Shown: positions 24,901-42,900 of the stretch, in pieces
How positions within the stretch are numbered: the first letter of the stretch is position 1
Layout: every line of letters begins with the position of its first letter
Position numbers and translations under genes: made by a program
Assembly (NCBI RefSeq): GCF_963921235.1
Contig: NC_086108.1
Span: 12,834,001-12,898,000, forward strand
From: Mobula hypostoma
Lineage: Eukaryota
Direction of reading: 5' to 3'
Length of the DNA: 64,000 nucleotides
Notes under the pieces: model-generated
Databases searched by the model: none
What the model was told of the DNA's origin: nothing
The model's input: the letters and a program-made list of their open reading frames with translations, nothing else

Positions 24901-27900
24901 GTTATGACAACATTAATCCCCATTATCACCCCTGCTATGACAACATTTATCCCTCTATCACCATTGGCTATGACAACATTAAACCCCACAATCACGTCTG
25001 GCTATGACAAAAATAAACAGGACTATCACCCCGGGTTATGAAAACATTAATCCCCACTATCACCATTGGCTATGACAACATTAATCCCTGATATCACCCC
25101 TGCTGTGACAACATTAATCCCCACTATCACCCATGCTATGACAAAATTAATCCCCATTAATACCCCTGCTATGACAACATTAATCCTAAGTATCACAATT
25201 GACAATGACAACACTCGTCCCCACTATCATCCCTGGCTGTGACAACATTAATCCCCACTATCACCCCTCCTATGACAACATTAATCCCCACTATCACCCC
25301 TGGGTATGACAACATTAATCCCCACTATCACCCCTGGGTATGACAACATTAATCCCCACTTTCATCCCTGCTATGAAAACATTAATCCCTACTATCACCA
25401 TTGTTATGACAACATTAAACCCCACTATCACCCCTGCTATGAAAACATTAATCCCTACTATCACCATTGGCTATGACAACATCAATACCCACTATCATCC
25501 CTGGCTATGACAACATTAATCCCCACGACCACCCCTGGTTATGACAACATTGATCCCTGCTATCACCATTGGCCATGAGAACATTAATCCCCACTATCAC
25601 CCCTGCTATGAAAACATTAATCCCTACTATAACCATTTGCTATGACAACATCAATACCCACTATCATCCCTGGCTGAGACAACATGAATCCCGACTATCA
25701 CCATTGGCTATAACAACATTAATCCCCGCTATCAACCATGGCTATGACAACATTAATCCCCACTACGACCCCTGTTATGACAACATTAATCCCCATTATC
25801 ACCCCTGCTATGACAACATTTATCCCTCTATCACCATTGGCTATGACAACATTAAACCCCACAATCACGTCTGGCTATGACAAAAATAAACGGGACTATC
25901 ACCCTGGGCTATGAAAACATTAATCCCCACTATCACCATTGGCTATGACAACATTAATCCCCGATATCACCCCTGCTGTGACAACATTAATCCCCACTAT
26001 CACCACTGCTATGACAACATTAATCCCCTCTATCACCCATGCTATGACAAAATTAATCCCCATTAATACCCCTGCTATGACAACATTAATCCTAAGTATC
26101 ACAATTGACAATGACGACACTCGTCCCCACTATCATCCCTGGCTGAGACAACATGAATCCCGACTATCACCATTGGCTATAACAACATTAATCCCCGCTA
26201 TCAACCATGGCTATGACAACATTAATCCCCACTACGACCCCTGTTATGACAACATTAATCCCCATTATCACCCCTGCTATGACAACATTTATCCCTCTAT
26301 CACCATTGGCTATGACAACATTAAAACCCACAATCACGTCTGGCTATGACAAAAATAAACGGGACTATCACCCTGGGCTATGAAAACATTAATCCCCACT
26401 ATCACCATTGGCTATGACAACATTAATCCCCGATATCACCCCTGCTGTGACAACATTAATCCCCACTATCACCACTGCTATGACAACATTAATCCCCTCT
26501 ATCACCCATGCTATGACAAAATTAATCCCCATTAATACCCCTGCTATGACAACATTAATCCTAAGTATCACAATTGACAATGACGACACTCGTCCCCACT
26601 ATCACCCCTGGGTATGACAACATTAATCCCCACTTTCATCCCTGCTATGAAAACATTAATCCCTACTATCACCATTGTTATGACAACATTAAACCCCACT
26701 ATCACCCCTGCTATGAAAACATTAATCCCTACTATCACCATTGGCTATGACAACATCAATACCCACTATCATCCCTGGCTATGACAACATTAATCCCCAC
26801 GACCACCCCTGGTTATGACAACATTGATCCCTGCTATCACCATTGGCCATGAGAACATTAATCCCCACTATCACCCCTGCTATGAAAACATTAATCCCTA
26901 CTATAACCATTTGCTATGACAACATCAATACCCACTATCATCCCTGGCTGTGACAACATTAATCCCCATTATCACCCCTGCTATGACAACATTTATCCCT
27001 CTATCACCATTGGCTATGACAACATTAAACCCCACAATCACGTCTGGCTATGACAAAAATAAACGGGACTATCATCCCGGGCTATGAAAACATTAATCCC
27101 CACTATCACCATTGGCTATGACAACATTAATCCCCGATATCACCCCTGCTGTGACAACATTAATCCCCACTATCACCACTGCTATGACAACATTAATCCC
27201 CTCTATCACCCATGCTATGACAAAATTAATCCCCATTAATACCCCTGCTATGACAACATTAATCCTAAGTATCACAATTGACAATGACGACACTCGTCCC
27301 CACTATCATCCCTGGCTGTGACAACATTAATCCCCACTATCACCCCTCCTATGACAACATTAATCCCCACTATCACCCCTGGCTATGACAACATTAATAC
27401 CCACTAACATCCCTGCTATGACAACATTAATCCCCACTATCACCCCTGGTTATGACAACATTAACCCCACTATCACCACTGCTATGACAACATCAATCCC
27501 CACTATCATCCCTGGCTATGAGAACATTAATCCCCACTACGACCCCTGTTATGACAACATTAATCCCCACTCTCACCCCTGCTATGACAACATTTATCCC
27601 TCTACCACCATTGGTTATGACAACTTCAATCCCCACTATCACCATTGGCTATAACAAAATTAATCCCCACTATCACCCCTGGGTATGACATCATTAATCC
27701 CCACTATCAATATTGTCTATGACAAGATTAAACTCTACTATCACCCCTGCAAGGACAACATTAATCCCCACTATCACCCCTGCTATGACAACATTAATCC
27801 CCACTGTGACCAATGGCGATGACAACATTAATCCCCACTATCACGCCTAGCTATGACAACATTAAACCGCTCTATCACCCCTGGCTATGACAACATTAAT

Positions 27901-30900
27901 TCCCACTATCACCCCTGGCTATGAAAACATTAATCCCCAACATCACCCCTGCCATGACAACATTAATCCCCACTATCACCCCGGGCTATGAAAACATTAA
28001 TCCCCACTATCACCATTGGCTATGACAACATTAATCCCCGATATCACCCCTGCTGTGACAACATTAATCCCCACTATCACCACTGCTATGACAACATTAA
28101 TCCCCTCTATCACCCATGCTATGACAAAATTAATCCCCATTAATACCCCTGCTATGACAACATTAATCCTAAGTATCACAATTGACAATGACGACACTCG
28201 TCCCCACTATCATCCCTGGCTGTGACAACATTAATCCCCACTATCACCCCTCCTATGACAACATTAATCCCCACTATCACCCCTGGCTATGACAACATTA
28301 ATACCCACTAACATCCCTGCTATGACAACATTAATCCCCACTATCACCCCTGGTTATGACAACATTAACCCCACTATCACCACTGCTATGACAACATCAA
28401 TCCCCACTATCATCCCTGGCTATGAGAACATTAATCCCCACTACGACCCCTGTTATGACAACATTAATCCCCACTCTCACCCCTGCTATGACAACATTTA
28501 TCCCTCTACCACCATTGGTTATGACAACTTCAATCCCCACTATCACCATTGGCTATAACAAAATTAATCCCCACTATCACCCCTGGCTATGACAACATTA
28601 ATCCCCACTATCACCCCTGGCTATGACAACATTAATCTCCGCTATCACCATTGGCGATGACAACATTAATCCCCATTCTCACGCCTGCTATGACAACATT
28701 AATCCCCATTATCACACTTACTAAAACAACTTTAATCCTCACAATCACCATTGGCTATGACAACATCAATCCGCACTATCACCCTGGCTATGACAATTTT
28801 AATCCCCACTACCACCCCTACTATTACAACATTAATCCCCACTCAAACCCCTGCTATGACAACATTATTCCTTACTATCACCATTGGCTGTGACAACTTC
28901 AATCCCCACTATAACCTCTGCTATGAGAACATTAATCCCCACTTTCACCATTGGCTATGACAACACTAATCGCCAATATCATCCCTGGCCATGACAACAT
29001 TAATCACCAATATCAACCCTCGCGATGACAACATTAATCCTCACTATCATCCCTGGCTATTTCAACATTAATACCCAATATTACCATTGGTCTATGACAA
29101 CATCAATCCCCAGTATCACCCCCGCTATGCAAATTTTAATCCCCACTATCACCCCTGGCTATGACAACATTAATTCCCACCATCACTATTGGCTATGACA
29201 ACATTAATGCCCACTATCACCCCTGCTATGAAAACATAAATCCCTACTATCACCATTGGCTATGACAACATCAATACCCACCATCATCCCCGGCTATGAC
29301 AAAATGAATCCCGACTATCACCATTGGCTCTAACAACATTAATCCCCACTATCACCCCTGGCTATGACGACATTAATCCCCACTGTCACCATTGGCAATG
29401 ACAATATTAATCCCCACTATCACCCCTGGCTATGACAACATTAATCCCCACCATCACCCCTGCTATGAAAACATTAATCCCTACTATAACCATTTGCTAT
29501 GACAACATCAATACCCACTATCATCCCTGGCTGTGACAAAATGAATCCCGACTATCACCATTGGCTATAACAACATTAATCCCCACTATCACAACTGGCT
29601 ATGAGGACATTAATCCCCACTGTCATCATTGGCAATGACACTATCACCCCTGGCTATAACAAAATTAATCCCCAATATCACCATTGGCTATGACAGCATT
29701 GATCCCCAATATCACCCCTGCTATGACAACATTAAACCGCTCTATCACCCCTGGCTATGAAAACATTAATCCCCACTATCACCATTGGCTATGACAACAT
29801 TAATCACCGATATCATCCCTACTATGACAACATTAATCCCCAGTATCACCCCTGCCATGACAACATCAATCCCCACTATCAACCATGGCTATGACAACAT
29901 TAATCCCCACTACGACCCATGTTATGACAACATTAATCCCCATTATCACCCCTGCTATGACAACATTTATCCCTCTATCACCATTGGCTATGACAACATT
30001 AAACCCCACAATCACGTCCAGCTATGACAAATTTAAACGGGACTATCACCCCGAGCTATGAAAACATTAATCCCCACTATCACCATTGGCTATGACAACA
30101 TTAATCCCCGATATCACCCCAGCTGTGACAACATTAATCCCCATTATCACCACTGCTATGACAACATTAATCCCCTCTATCACCCATGCTATGAAAAAAA
30201 TTAATCCCCATTGATACCCCTGCTATGACAACATTAATCCTAAGTATCAGAATTGACAACGACAACACTCGTCCCCACTATCAGCCCTGGCTGTGACAAA
30301 ATTAATCCCCACTATCACCCCTCCTATGACAACATTAATCCCCACTATCACCCCTGGGTATGACAACATTAATCCCCACCATTACCCCTGGCTATAACAA
30401 CATTAATCTCCACTATCACCATTGGCGATGACAACATTAATCCCCACTCTCACGCCTGCTATCACAACATTAATCCCCATTATCACACTTGCTAAAACAA
30501 CTTTAATCCTCACTATCATCATTGGCTATGACAACATCAATCCGCACTATCACCCTGGCTATAACAATTTTAATCCCCACTACCACCACTACTATTACAA
30601 CATTAATCCCCACTCAAACACCTGCTATGACAACATTAATCGCCAATATCATCCCTGGCTATGACAACATTAATCACCAATATCACCCCTCGCGATGACA
30701 ACATTAATCCTCACTATCATCCCTGGCTATTTGAACATTAATCCCCAATATTACCATTGGTCTATGACAACATCAATCCCCAGTATCACCCCCGCTATGC
30801 AAATTTTAATCCCCACTGTCACCCCTGGCTATGACAACATTAATTCCCACTATCACTATTGGCTATGACAACATTAATCCTCACTATCATCCCTGGCTAT

Positions 30901-33900
30901 GACAACATTAATCCTCTCTATCACCCCTGCTATGAAACCATAAATCCCTACTATCACCATTGGCTATGACAACATCGATACCCACCATCATCCCCGGCTA
31001 TGACAACATGAATCCCGACTATCACCATTGGCTATAACAACATTAATCCCCACTATCACCCCTGGCTATGAGGACATTAATCCCCACTGTCACCATTGGC
31101 AATGACAATATTAATTCCCACTATCACCCCTGGCTATGACAACATTAATCCCCACTATCACCCCTGCTATGAAAACATTAATCCCTACTATAACCATTTC
31201 CTATGACAACATCAATACCCATTATCATCCCTGGCTGTGACAACATGAATCCAGACTATCACCATTGGCTATAACAACATTAATCCCCACTATCACCCCT
31301 CCAATGACAACATTAATCCCCACTATCACCACTGCTATGACAACATCAATCCCCACTATCAACCATGGCTATGACAACATTAATCCCCACTACGACCCAT
31401 GTTATGACAACATTAATCCCCATTATCACCCCTGCTATGACAACATTTATCCCTCTATCACCATTGTCTATGACAACATTAAACCCCACAATCACGTCCA
31501 GCTATGACAAAATTAAACGGGACTATCACCCCGAGCTATAAAAACATTAATCCCCACTATCACCATTGGCTATGACAACATTAATCCCCGATATCACCCC
31601 AGCTGTGACAACATTAAACCCCATTATCACCACTGCTATGACAACATTAATCCCCATTGATACCCCTGCTATGACAACATTAATCCTAAGTATCAGAATT
31701 GACAACGACAACACTCGTCCCCACTATCAGCCCTGGCTGTGACAAAATTAATCCCCACTATCACCCCTCCTATGACAACATTAATCCCCACTATCACCCC
31801 TGGGTATGACAACATTAATCCCCACCATTACCCCTGGCTATGACAACATTAATCTCCACTATCACCATTGGCGATGACAACATTAATCCCCACTCTCACG
31901 CCTGCTATCACAACATTAATCCCCATTATCACACTTGCTAAAACAACTTTAATCCTCACTATCATCATTGGCTATGACAACATCAATCCGCACTATCACC
32001 CTGGCTATAACAATTTTAATCCCCACTACCACCCCTACTATTACAACATTAATCCCCACTCAAACCCCTGCTATGACAACATTAATCGCCAATATCATCC
32101 CTGGCTATGACAACATTAATCACCAATATCACCCCTCGCGATGACAACATTAATCCTCACTATCATCCCTGGCTATTTCAACATTAATCCCCAATATTAC
32201 CATTGGTCTATGACAACATCAATCCCCAGTATCACCCCCGCTATGCAAATTTTAATCCCCACTATCACCCCTGGCTATGACAACATTAATTCCCACTATC
32301 ACTATTGGCTATGACAACATTAATCCTCACTATCATCCCTGGCTATTTCAAAATTAATCCCCAATATTACCATTGGTCTATGACAACATCAATCCCCAGT
32401 ATCACCCCCGCTATGCAAATTTTAATCCCCACTGTCACCCCTGGCTATGACAACATTAATTCCCACTATCACTATTGGCTATGACAACATTAATCCTCAC
32501 TATCATCCCTGGCTATTTCAACATTAATCCCCAATATTACCATTGGTCTATGACAACATCAATCCCCAGTATCACCCCCGGTATGAAAATTTTAATCCCC
32601 ACTATCACCCCTGGCTATGACAACATTAATCCTCACTATCACCCCTGCTATGAAACCATAAATCCCTACTATCACTATTGGCTATGACAACATCAATACC
32701 CACCATCATCCCCGGCTATGACAACATGAATCCCGACTATCACCATTGGCTATAACAACATTAATCCCCACTATCACCCCTGGCTATGAGGACATTAATC
32801 CCCACTGTCACCATTGGCAATGACAATATTAATTCCCACTATCACCCCTGGCTATGACAACATTAATCCCCACTATCAGCATTGTTATGACAACATTAAA
32901 CCCTACTATCACCCCTGCTATGAAAACATTAATCCCTACTATCACCATTGGCTATGACAACATCAATACCCACTATCATCCCTGGCTATGCCAACATGAA
33001 TCCAGACTATCACCATTGGCCATGAGAACATTAATCCCCACTATCAGCATTGGCTATGACAACATTAATCCCCAATATCACCCCTGCTATGACAACATTA
33101 ATCCCAACTGTGACCATTGGCGATGATAACATTAATCCCCAATATCACCGCTGCTATGACAACATTAATCCCCACTATCACAACTGCTATGACAACATCA
33201 ATCCCCACTATCACCCCTGGCTATGAGAACATTAATCCCCACTACAAACCCTGTTAAGATAATATTAATCCCCACTCTCACCCCTGCTATGACAACATTT
33301 ATCCCTCTACCACCATTGGCTATGACAACAACAATCCCCACTATCACCCCTGGCTATGACAACATTAATCCCACGGTGACCAATGGCGATGATAACATTA
33401 ATCCCCACTATCACGCCTAGCTATGACAACATTAAACCGCTCTATCACCCATGGCTATGACAACATTAATCCCCACTACGACTCCTGTTATGACAACATT
33501 AATCCCCATTATCACCCCTGCTATGACAACATTAATCCCCACTTTGACCATTGGCAATGATAACATTAATCCCCACTATCACACCTGGCTATGACAACAT
33601 TAATCCCCAATATCACCCCTGCTATGACAACATTAATCCCCACTGGGACCATTGGTGATGATAACATTCATCCCCAATATCACCCCTACTATGACAACAT
33701 TTATCCCTCTACCACCATTGGCTATGAGAAGATTAAACTCTACTATCACCCCTGCCATGACAACATTAATCCCCACTATCACCACTGATATGACAACATC
33801 AATCCCCACTATCACCTATGGCTCTGACAACATTAATCCCACTGTGACCAATGGTGATGATAACATTAATCCCCATTATCACCCCTGCTATGACAACATT

Positions 33901-36900
33901 AAACCGCTCTATCACCCTTGGCTATGACAACATTAATCCCCACTATCACCCCTGCCATGTCAACATTAATCCCCACTATCACCACTGCTATGACAACATC
34001 AATCCCCACTATCACCCATGGCTATGACAACATTAATCCCCACTACGATCCCTGTTATGACAACATTTATCCCTCTATCACCATTGGCTATTTCGACATT
34101 AAACCCCACAATCACGTCCAGCTATGAGAAAATTAAACGGGACTATCACTCCGGCTATGAAAACATTAATCCCCACTATCACCATTCGCTATGACAGCAT
34201 TAATCCAAGATATCACCCCTGCTGTGACAACATTAATCCCTACTATCACCACTGCTATGACAACATTAATCCCCTCTATCACCCATGCTATGACAAAATT
34301 AATCCCCATTAATACCCCTGCTATGACAACATTAATCCTAAGTATCACAATTGACAAGGACAACACTCGTCCCCACTATCACCCCTGGCTGTGACAACAT
34401 TAATCCCCACTATCACCCCTGGGTATGACAACATTAATCCCCACTATCACCATTGTTATGACAACATTAAACCCTACTATCACCCCTGCTATGAAAACAT
34501 TAATCCCTACTATCACCATTGGCTATGACAACATCAATACCCACTATCATCCCTGGCTATGCCAACATGAATCCAGACTATCACCATTGGCCATGAGAAC
34601 ATTAATCCCCACTATCAGCATTGGCTATGACAATATTAATCCCCAATATCACCCCTGCTATGACAACATTAATCCCCACTGTGACCATTGGCGATGATAA
34701 CATTAATCCCCACTACGACCCCTGTTATGATAACATTAATGCCCACTCTCACCCCTGCTATGACAACATTTATCCCTCTACCACCATTGGCTATGACAAC
34801 AACAATCCCCACTATCACCATTGGCTATGACAACATTAATTCCCAATATCACCCCTGGCTATGACAACATTAATCCCACGATGACCAATGGCGATGATAA
34901 CATTAATCCCCACTATCACGCCTAGCTATGACAACATTAAACCGCTCTATCACCCCTGGCTATGACAACATCAATCCCCACTATCACCCATGGCTATGAC
35001 AACATTAATCCCCATTATCACCCCTGCTATGACAACATTTATTCCTCTATCACCATTGGCTATGACGACATTAAACCCCACAATCACGTCTAGCTATGAC
35101 AAAATTAAACAGGACTATCACTCCGGCTATGAAAACATTATTCCCCACTATCACCATTCGCTATGACAGCATTAATCCCCGATATCACCCCTGCTGTGAC
35201 AACATTAATCCCCACTATCACGACTGCTATGACAACATTAATCCCCTCTATCACCGATGCTATGACAAAATTATTCCCCATTAATACCCCTGCTATGACA
35301 ACATTAATCCTAAGTGTCACAACTGACAAGGACAACACTCATCCCTACGATCACCCCTGGCTGTGACAACATTAATCCCCACTATCACCCCTCCTATGAA
35401 AACATTATCCCCACTATCACCCCTGGGTATGACAACATTAATCCCCACTATCACCATTGTTATGACAACATTAAACCCTAGTATCACCCCTGCTATGAAA
35501 ACATTAATCCCTACTATCACCATTGGCTATGACAACATTAATCCCCAATATCACCCCTGCTATGACAACATTAATCCCCACTGTGACCATTGGCGATGAT
35601 AACATTAATCCCCAATATCACCGCTGCTATGACAACATTAATCCCCACTATCACCACTGCTATGACAACATCAATCCCCACAATCACCCCTGGCTATGAG
35701 AACATTAATCCCCACTACGACCCCTGTTATGATATCATTAATCCCCACTCTCACCCCTGCTATAACAATTTTTATCCCTCTACCACCATTGGCTATGACA
35801 ACAACAATCCCCACTATCACCATTGGCTATAACAACATTAATCACCACTATCACCCCTGCTGTGACAACATTAATCCTCACTATCACCACTGCTATGACA
35901 ACATTAATCCCCTCTATCACCCATGCTATGACAACATTAATCCCCATTAATACCCCTGCTATGAGAACATTAATCCTAAATATCACAATTGACAGTGACA
36001 ACACTCGTCCCCACGATCACCCCTGGCTGTGACAACATTAATCCCCACTATCACCCCTGGGTATGACAACATTAATCCCCACCATCACGCCTGGCTATGA
36101 CAACATTAACCCCACTATCATTGCTGCTATGACAACATTAATCCCCACTATCACCATTGTTATGACAACATTAAACACCACTATCACCCCTCGCTATGAC
36201 ACCATTAATCCCCACTATCACCATTGTTATGACAACATTAAACACCACTATCACCCCTCCTGTGACATTAATCCCCACTATCACGCCTAGCTATGACAAC
36301 ATTAAACCGCTCTATCACCCCTCGCTATGACACCATTAATCCCCACTATCACCCCTGCCATGTCAACATTAATCCCCACTATCACCACTGCCATGACAAC
36401 ATTAATCCCCACTATCACCCCTGGCTATGACAACATTAATCCCCACTGTGACCAATGGCGATGATAACATTAATCCCCACTATCACGCCGAGCTATGACA
36501 ACATTAAACCGCTCTATCACCCATGGCTATGACAACATTAATCCCCACTACGACTCCTGTTATGACAACATTAATCCCCATTATCACCCCTGCTATGACA
36601 AACATTTATCCCTCTATCACCATTGGCTATGACGACATTAAACCCCACAATAACGTCCAGCTATGACAAAATTAAACGGGACTATCACTCCGGCTATGAA
36701 AACATTAATCCCCACTATCACTATTCGCTATGACAGCATTAATCCCTGATATCACCCCTGCTGTGACAACATTAATCCCCACTATCACCCCTGCTATGAC
36801 AACATTAATCCCCACTTTGACCATTGGCAATGATAACATTAATCCCCACTATCACACCTGGCTATGACAACATTAATCCCTACTATTACCATTGGCCATG

Positions 36901-39900
36901 AGAACATTAATCCCCACTATCACCATTGGCTATGACAGCATTAATCCCTGATATCACCCCTGCTGTGACAACATTAATCCCCACTATCACCCCTGATATG
37001 ACAACATTAATCCCCACTTTGACCATTGGCAATGATAACATTAATCCCCACTATCACACCTGGCTATGACAACATTAATCCCTACTATTACCATTGGCCA
37101 TGAGAACATTAATCCCCACTATCACCATTGGCTATGACAACATTAATCCCCAATATCACCCTGCTATGACAACATTAATCCCCACTGGGACCATTGGCGA
37201 TGATAACATTAATCCCCATTATCACCCCTGCTATGACAACATTAAACCGCTCTATCACCCCTGGCTATGACAACATTAATCCCCTCTATCACCCATGCTA
37301 TGACAAAATTAATCCCCATTAATACCCCTGCTATGACAACATTAATCCTAAGTATCACAATTGACAATGACAACACTCGTCCCCACGATCACCCCTGGCT
37401 GTGACAACATTAATCCCCACTATCACCCCTGCTATGACAACATTAATCCCCACTTTGACCATTGGCCATGAGAACATTAATCCCCACTATCACCATTGGC
37501 TATGACAACATTAATCCCCAATATCACCCTTGCTATGACAACATTAATCCCCACTGGGACCATTGGCGATGATAACATTAATCCCCAATATCACCCCTAC
37601 TATGACAACATTTATCCCTCTACCACCATTGGCTATGACAACAGCAATCCCCACTATCACCCCTGGGTATGACATCATTAATCCAAACTATCACCATTGG
37701 CTATGAGAAGATTAAACTCTACTATCATCCCTGGCTATGACAACATTAATCCCATGATCACCCCTGGTTATGACAACATTAATCCCAACTATCACCATTG
37801 GCCATGAGAACATTAATGCCCACTATCACCATTGGCTATGATAACATTAATCCCCACTATCACCCCTGCTATGACAACATTAATCCCCACTATCACCACT
37901 GCTATGACAACATCAATCCCCACTATCACCCCTGGCTATGAGAACATTAATCCCCACTACGACCCCTGTTATGACAACATTAATCCCCACTCTCACCCCT
38001 GCTATGACAATATTTATCTCTCTACCAGCATTGGCTATGACAACATCAATCCCCACTATCACCATTGGCTATAACAACAGTAATCCCCACTATCACCCCT
38101 CCTATGACAACATTAATCCCCACTATCACCCCTGGGTATGACATCGTTCATCCCCACTATCACTATTCGTTATGACAAGATTAAACTCTACTATCACCCC
38201 TGCCATGGCAACATTAATCCCCACTGTCTCCACTGCTATTACAAAATCACTCCCCACTATCACCCATGGCTAAGACAACATGAATGCCACTGTGACCAAT
38301 GGCGATGATAACATTAATCCCCACTATCACCCCTGGCTATGACAACATTAATCCCCACTATCACCACTGCTTTGACAACATCAATCCCCACTATCACCAT
38401 TGGCTATGACAACATTAATCCCCAATATCACCCCTGCTATGACAACATTAATCACCACTGTGACCATTGGCGATGATAACATTAATCCCCAATATCACCC
38501 CTACTATGACAACATTAATCCCTACTTTGACCATTGGCAATGATAACATTAATCCCCACTATCAGACCTGGCTATGACGACATTAATCCCCACTTTCACC
38601 CCTCCTATGACAACATTAATTCCCACTCTCACCCCTGGGTATGCAATCATTAATCCCCACTATCACCATTGGATATGAGAAGATTAAACTCTACTATCAC
38701 CCCTGCCATGACAACATCAATCCCCACTATCACCACTGCTATGACAACATCAATCCCCACTATCACCCCTGGCTATGAGAACATTAATCCCCACTACGAC
38801 CCCTGTTTTGACAACATTAATCCCCACTCTCACGCCTGCTATGACAACTATTATCCCTCTACCAGCATTGGCTATGACAACATCAATCCCCACTATCACC
38901 ATTGGCTATAACAACATTAATCCCCACTATCACCCCTGGGTATGACATCATTAATCCCCACCATCACTGTTGGCTATGACAAGATTAAACTCTAGTATCA
39001 CCCCTGCCATGACAACATTAATCCCCACTATCACCACTGCTATGACAACATCAATCCCCACTATCACCCATGGCTCTGACAACATTAATCCCACTGTGAC
39101 CAATGGCGATGATAACATTAATCCCCATTATCACCCCTGCTATGAGAACATTAAACCCCTCTATCACCCATGCTATGACAAAATTAATCCCCATTAATAC
39201 CCCTGCTATGACAACATTAATCCTAAGTATCACAACTGACAATGACAACACTCGTCCCCACGATCACCCCTGGCTGTGACAACATTAATCCCCACTATCA
39301 CCCCTCCTATGAAAACATTAATCCCCACTATCACCCCTGGCTATGACAACATTAATCCCCACTATCACCCCTGCCATGTCAACATTAATCCCCACTATCA
39401 CCACTGCTATGACAACATTAATCCCCACTATCACCATTGTTATGACAATATTAAACCCCACTATCACCCCTGGCTATGACAACATTAATCCCCACTATCA
39501 CAACTGCTTTGACAACACCCAATCCCCACTATCACCATTGGCCAACACAACATTAATCCCCAATATCACCCCTGCTATGACAACATTAATCCCCACTTTG
39601 ACCATTGGCAATGATAACATTAATCCCCACTATCACACCTGGCTATGACGACATTAATCCCCACTATCACCCCTGGCTATGACAACATTAATACCCACAA
39701 TCACCCTGGTTATGACAACATAAATCCCTACTATCACCATTGGCCATGAGAACATTAATCCCCACTATCACCATTGGCTATGACAACATTAATCCCCAAT
39801 ATCACCCCTGCTATGACAACATTAATCCCCACTGGGACCCTTGGCGATGATAACATTAAGCCCCAATATCACCCCTACTATGACAACATTAATCCCCACT

Positions 39901-42900
39901 ATCACCACTGCTATCACAACATCAATCCCCACTATCACCACTGGCGATGAGAACATTAATCCCCACTCTCACCCCTGCTATGACAACATTTATCCCTCCA
40001 CCACCATTGGCTATGACAACATCAATCCCCACTATCACCATTGGCTATAACAACATTAATCCCCACTATCACCCCTGGATATGACATCATTTATCCCCAC
40101 TATCACTATTGGCTATGACAAGATTAAACTCTACTATCACCCCTGCCATGACGACATTAATCCCCACTATCACCACTGCTATGACAACATTAATCCCCAA
40201 TATCACCCCTACTATGACAACATTAATCCCCACTCTCACCCCTGGGTATGCAATCATTAATCCCCACTATCACCATTGGATATGAGACGATTAAACTCTA
40301 CTATCACCCCTGCCATGACAACATTAATCCCCACTATCACCACTGCTATGACAACACTCGTCCCCACGATCACCCCTGGCTATGAGAACATTAATCCCCA
40401 CTGTGACCAATGGCGATGATAACATTAATCCCCACTATCACACCTAGCTATGACTACATTAAACTGCTCTATCACCCCTGGCTATGACAACATTAATCCT
40501 AAGTATCACAATTGACAATGACAAAACTCGTCCCCACGATCACCCCTGGCTGTGACAACATTAATCCCCACTATCACCCCTGGGTATGAAAACATTAATC
40601 CCCACCAGCACCCCTGGCTATGACAACATTAACCCCACTATCATCCCTGCTATGACAACATTAATCCCCACTATCACCATTGTTATGACAACATTAAACC
40701 CCACTATCACCCCTGCTATGAAAACATTAATCCCTACTATCACCATTGGCTATGACAACATCAACACCCACTATTATCCCTGGGTATGACATCATTAATC
40801 CCCACCATTACTGTTGGCTATGACAAGATTAAACTCTAGTATCACCCCTGCCATGACAACATTAATCCCCACTATCACCACTGCTATGACAACATCAATC
40901 CCCACTATCACCCATGGCTCTGACAACATTAATCCCACTGTGACCAATGGCGATGATAACATTAATCCCCATTATCACCCCTGCTATGAGAACATTAAAC
41001 CCCTCTATCACCCATGCTATGACAAAATTAATCCCCATTAATACCCCTGCTATGACAACATTAATCCTAAGTATCACAACTGACAATGACAACACTCGTC
41101 CCCACGATCACCCCTGGCTGTGACAACATTAATCCCCACTATCACCCCTCCTATGAAAACATTAATCCCCACTATCACCCCTGGCTATGACAACATTAAT
41201 CCCCACTATCACCCCTGCCATGTCAACATTAATCCCCACTATCACCACTGCTATGACAACATTAATCCCCACTATCACCATTGTTATGACAATATTAAAC
41301 CCCACTATCACCCCTGGCTATGACAACATTAATCCCCACTATCACAACTGCTTTGACAACACCCAATCCCCACTATCACCATTGGCCAACACAACATTAA
41401 TCCCCAATATCACCCCTGCTATGACAACATTAATCCCCACTTTGACCATTGGCAATGATAACATTAATCCCCACTATCACACCTGGCTATGACGACATTA
41501 ATCCCCACTATCACCCCTGGCTATGACAACATTAATACCCACAATCACCCTGGTTATGACAACATAAATCCCTACTATCACCATTGGCCATGAGAACATT
41601 AATCCCCACTATCACCATTGGCTATGACAACATTAATCCCCAATATCACCCCTGCTATGACAACATTAATCCCCACTGGGACCCTTGGCGATGATAACAT
41701 TAAGCCCCAATATCACCCCTACTATGACAACATTAATCCCCACTATCACCACTGCTATCACAACATCAATCCCCACTATCACCACTGGCGATGAGAACAT
41801 TAATCCCCACTCTCACCCCTGCTATGACAACATTTATCCCTCCACCACCATTGGCTATGACAACATCAATCCCCACTATCACCATTGGCTATAACAACAT
41901 TAATCCCCACTATCACCCCTGGATATGACATCATTTATCCCCACTATCACTATTGGCTATGACAAGATTAAACTCTACTATCACCCCTGCCATGACGACA
42001 TTAATCCCCACTATCACCACTGCTATGACAACATTAATCCCCAATATCACCCCTACTATGACAACATTAATCCCCACTCTCACCCCTGGGTATGCAATCA
42101 TTAATCCCCACTATCACCATTGGATATGAGACGATTAAACTCTACTATCACCCCTGCCATGACAACATTAATCCCCACTATCACCACTGCTATGACAACA
42201 CTCGTCCCCACGATCACCCCTGGCTATGAGAACATTAATCCCCACTGTGACCAATGGCGATGATAACATTAATCCCCACTATCACACCTAGCTATGACTA
42301 CATTAAACTGCTCTATCACCCCTGGCTATGACAACATTAATCCTAAGTATCACAATTGACAATGACAAAACTCGTCCCCACGATCACCCCTGGCTGTGAC
42401 AACATTAATCCCCACTATCACCCCTGGGTATGAAAACATTAATCCCCACCAGCACCCCTGGCTATGACAACATTAACCCCACTATCATCCCTGCTATGAC
42501 AACATTAATCCCCACTATCACCATTGTTATGACAACATTAAACCCCACTATCACCCCTGCTATGAAAACATTAATCCCTACTATCACCATTGGCTATGAC
42601 AACATCAACACCCACTATTATCCCTGGCTATGACAACATGAATCCAGACTATCACCATTGGCCATGAGAACATTAATACCCACTATCACCATTGGCTATG
42701 ATAACATTAATCCCCAATATCACCCCTGCTATGACAACATTAATCCCCACTATCACCACTGCTATGACAACATCAATCCCCACTATCACCCCTGGCTATG
42801 AGAACATTAATCCCCACTACAACCCCTGCTATGACAACATTAATCCCCACTCTCACCCCTGCTATGACAACTTTTATCCCTCTACCAGCATTGGCTATGA

